Assembly (NCBI GenBank): GCA_964584035.1
Contig: CAZOYL010000036.1
Span: 1-19,910 of the forward strand
DNA length: 19,910 nt
Direction: 5' to 3'
Source of the DNA: an uncultured Gemmatimonadota bacterium
GTDB taxonomy: Bacteria; SM23-81
The notes under the pieces were generated by a model that saw nothing but the letters and a program-made list of their open reading frames with translations, searched no databases and had not been told where the DNA came from. This document shows, piece by piece, positions 18,171 to 19,910 of this stretch. Numbering within the stretch: the first letter of the stretch is position 1; every line of letters starts with the position of its first letter. The position numbers and the translations under genes are program-made.

Positions 18171-18214
18171 AAGCCGCCCGTTGGGAAGTCCAGCGGGCGG
18201 CTTTTTTGTTTTTT
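18171..18214. terminator. Intrinsic terminator between convergent genes (probably bidirectional)
   Basis: AAGCCGCCCGTTGG-GAAGT-CCAGCGGGCGGCTT then a T-rich run; A-rich on the left side. Confidence 0.85.
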
Positions 18215-18235
18215 CCTTCCATAAACACGATCACA

Positions 18236-19726
18236 TTATTTGAATTCCGGCAGCTTCTTCAGCCCGTACTGCCGACCGTCGGCCAGGACGATCTTCTCCA
18301 GCTCTCTGCGCACATCCTCCGGCAGCAGCTTCGGCTGGGTCTGGGCCAGAACCTTCTCCACCTCAGCATGGGCCCTTTGGGCGGCGCTCAGCCGGCCGGA
18401 GGCCAGCCATTCGCCCAGGGTGCCGCGGTCGATGGCCGGGCCGGGAAAGACGGCCTCCTCCTTAAACCACTTCATGGTGTGATCATCGGTCAGGAAGTGA
18501 TCCACCTGGCCGATCTTCTCTAAGATGTGCCTGGCCAGCGGCTGCTCGCGCAGGGCGATGCCGTCTGTCAGCCGGTGGGCCATGGCGCAGATCTCATGAT
18601 CCAGGACCAGCTTCTCCAGGCTCTGGCAGCTCTCGAAATCCAGCATGCCCGGCCCGGAGACGACGTTGATGCCGGCCAGGGCGGCCAGGATGGCCCCCAT
18701 GGCGGTCTCCATCCCGGCCTGAGCGTCGAGGCTCTTGGCGTCGGACAGGGCCATGTAGGCGTGGGTGGGCAATCCCAGGTGCTTGCCCACCTGGCTGTAG
18801 GCCAGGTCGATCATCATCGTCTCCACCGCCCCCATGGGCGAGGTCCCCTTGCGCATGTCGAAGCAGGCCGGCGAGCCGCCGTAGATGATCGGCGCCCCGG
18901 CCCCGGCAAGCTGGTGAATGGTAATCCCGCTGAGATCTTCGGCGCAGTGCTGGACCACGGCGCCGGCCAGGGTCACCGGCGTGCTTATGCCCAGGGTCGG
19001 CATGCTCGCGACATGATAGCGATGTACCCCCGAGCGGCGGCGCTCGAGTATGTCCGCGGCCGATCTCTTCTCGAGCACCAGGGGCATGGTCATGCACTCC
19101 GACCCCGCGAGGAAGGCGGAGCTGTCCTGGTCGTCATACACGATCACGCTCGCTTCCTTGAGGTAGGGAATGACCTCGGGGTAGATCGCCTCGATTCCGT
19201 CGAGCTTCCGCGTCAGCTTGATCCCGTTGACCAGGGAGTGGATCCTCTCGATGGTGGGCGGAAGGTCCTGCCGGTACCAGGTGCTCGTGTAGCCGATCTC
19301 GGGTGTCGCCTCGGCGAGCTTCATCATGCTCTCGAATATCCCGCCGTCCGCCGGCACCTTCCTGCCCGCCGGATAGTCGTAGTAGGTCGTGGGGCCGCAG
19401 TCGAAGGCCTGCATGAGGAAGTGGTCCTTCCACGCCCGGCGAAACTCCTCGGTGGTGTGGGTCCAGATCAGGTGATGGGTCCAGTCCGGTCCGCAGAGGT
19501 ACACGAGCTCGTGATCCCGCTCGTAGCCCTCCTGGCTCCTGCGCTGGTAATCGACCATCTCGTCGATGATGCCCCGTGGTATCCGGACTCGATGCTCACG
19601 CCCCTCGCTGCAGCCCTTCGTCAGGCACATGCCCCTGAGCTCGTCGTTCTCAACCATGACGCCGTGGCTCTCCAGCAGCACGTGCACCCTCGCGGCCAGC
19701 GCCTCTACATCATCCCTCGCGATCAT
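18236..19726 (-). CDS. Trimethylamine methyltransferase (MttB) superfamily protein, non-pyrrolysine
   Basis: PVTLAGAVVQHCAEDLSG, GAPIIYG, FDMRKG, SDAKSLDAQAGME, AGINVVSGPGML, SLEKLVLDHEI, HFLTDDHT; AAGGGGAG RBS; no in-frame TAG. Confidence 0.88.
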   Translation of the reverse strand: MIARDDVEALAARVHVLLESHGVMVENDELRGMCLTKGCSEGREHRVRIPRGIIDEMVDYQRRSQEGYERDHELVYLCGPDWTHHLIWTHTTEEFRRAWKDHFLMQAFDCGPTTYYDYPAGRKVPADGGIFESMMKLAEATPEIGYTSTWYRQDLPPTIERIHSLVNGIKLTRKLDGIEAIYPEVIPYLKEASVIVYDDQDSSAFLAGSECMTMPLVLEKRSAADILERRRSGVHRYHVASMPTLGISTPVTLAGAVVQHCAEDLSGITIHQLAGAGAPIIYGGSPACFDMRKGTSPMGAVETMMIDLAYSQVGKHLGLPTHAYMALSDAKSLDAQAGMETAMGAILAALAGINVVSGPGMLDFESCQSLEKLVLDHEICAMAHRLTDGIALREQPLARHILEKIGQVDHFLTDDHTMKWFKEEAVFPGPAIDRGTLGEWLASGRLSAAQRAHAEVEKVLAQTQPKLLPEDVRRELEKIVLADGRQYGLKKLPEFK

Positions 19727-19745
19727 CTGTTCTCCCCTTCTCTCG

Positions 19746-19910
19746 TCAGTGACTCCGTGTGAACTCCCGGATGAGCTCCGCCTGCTCGGGGTGCTGGTCG
19801 ATGAGGCAGGTTCCCAGGATGCTGTACCCGTCGAGGTCCCCGGAGTCCAGATTCCGCCGGATCGCCTCGAGCTCCCCGGAGAGCAGCTCGAGGGGCACGG
19901 GCTCGCGGAT
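19746..19910 (-). CDS. C-terminal fragment of a hypothetical protein (5' end outside the window)
   Basis: Open frame ...IREPVPLELLSGELEAIRRNLDSGDLDGYSILGTCLIDQHPEQAELIREFTRSH-stop, GC3-rich codons, ending 19 nt before the MttB-like start. Confidence 0.65.
   Translation of the reverse strand: MREPVPLELLSGELEAIRRNLDSGDLDGYSILGTCLIDQHPEQAELIREFTRSH

Noticed and set aside
18236..19726. Pyrrolysine-containing MttB
   Set aside because: No in-frame TAG; the frame is open to TAA, so this is a non-Pyl member and the substrate cannot be assigned.
18527..19762. 411-aa plus-strand ORF
   Set aside because: Antisense shadow of the MttB-like gene.

Overview
GC-rich bacterial window. Two proteins carry a T9SS type-A/FlgD-Ig-like C-terminal domain, which points to an FCB-related lineage (inference). 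Left, 1-6829 (minus strand): core-type genes rex (runs off the window; a perfect Rex operator sits in its own promoter), a DUF456-like membrane protein, secF, secD, pdxJ, a divergent polysaccharide deacetylase and a lipoprotein. Middle, about 7.0-18.1 kb (plus strand): six genes for secreted proteins, most with their own sigma70-type promoter. These are a metallophosphoesterase with a T9SS-like CTD, an agmatine/peptidylarginine deiminase, a small secreted protein, an Ntn-hydrolase Cys peptidase, a papain-family protease with a 7-bladed FG-GAP propeller, and an Omp28/thioredoxin-like protein with a T9SS-like CTD. Right, minus strand: an MttB-family methyltransferase that looks chimeric, and a partial ORF. 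Main findings: (1) the Omp28-like gene really starts at 17034 and has an in-frame UGA in a U-G-S-C (UxxC) motif followed by a SECIS-like hairpin, making it a probable secreted selenoprotein missed by the ORF track; (2) three unrelated Cys-dependent secreted enzymes share a ~105-aa C-terminal domain ending G(E/V)FD plus exactly 7 residues, a candidate second sorting/anchoring signal; (3) a ~110-nt structured intergenic RNA candidate; (4) a paired direct-repeat motif bracketing the cluster.
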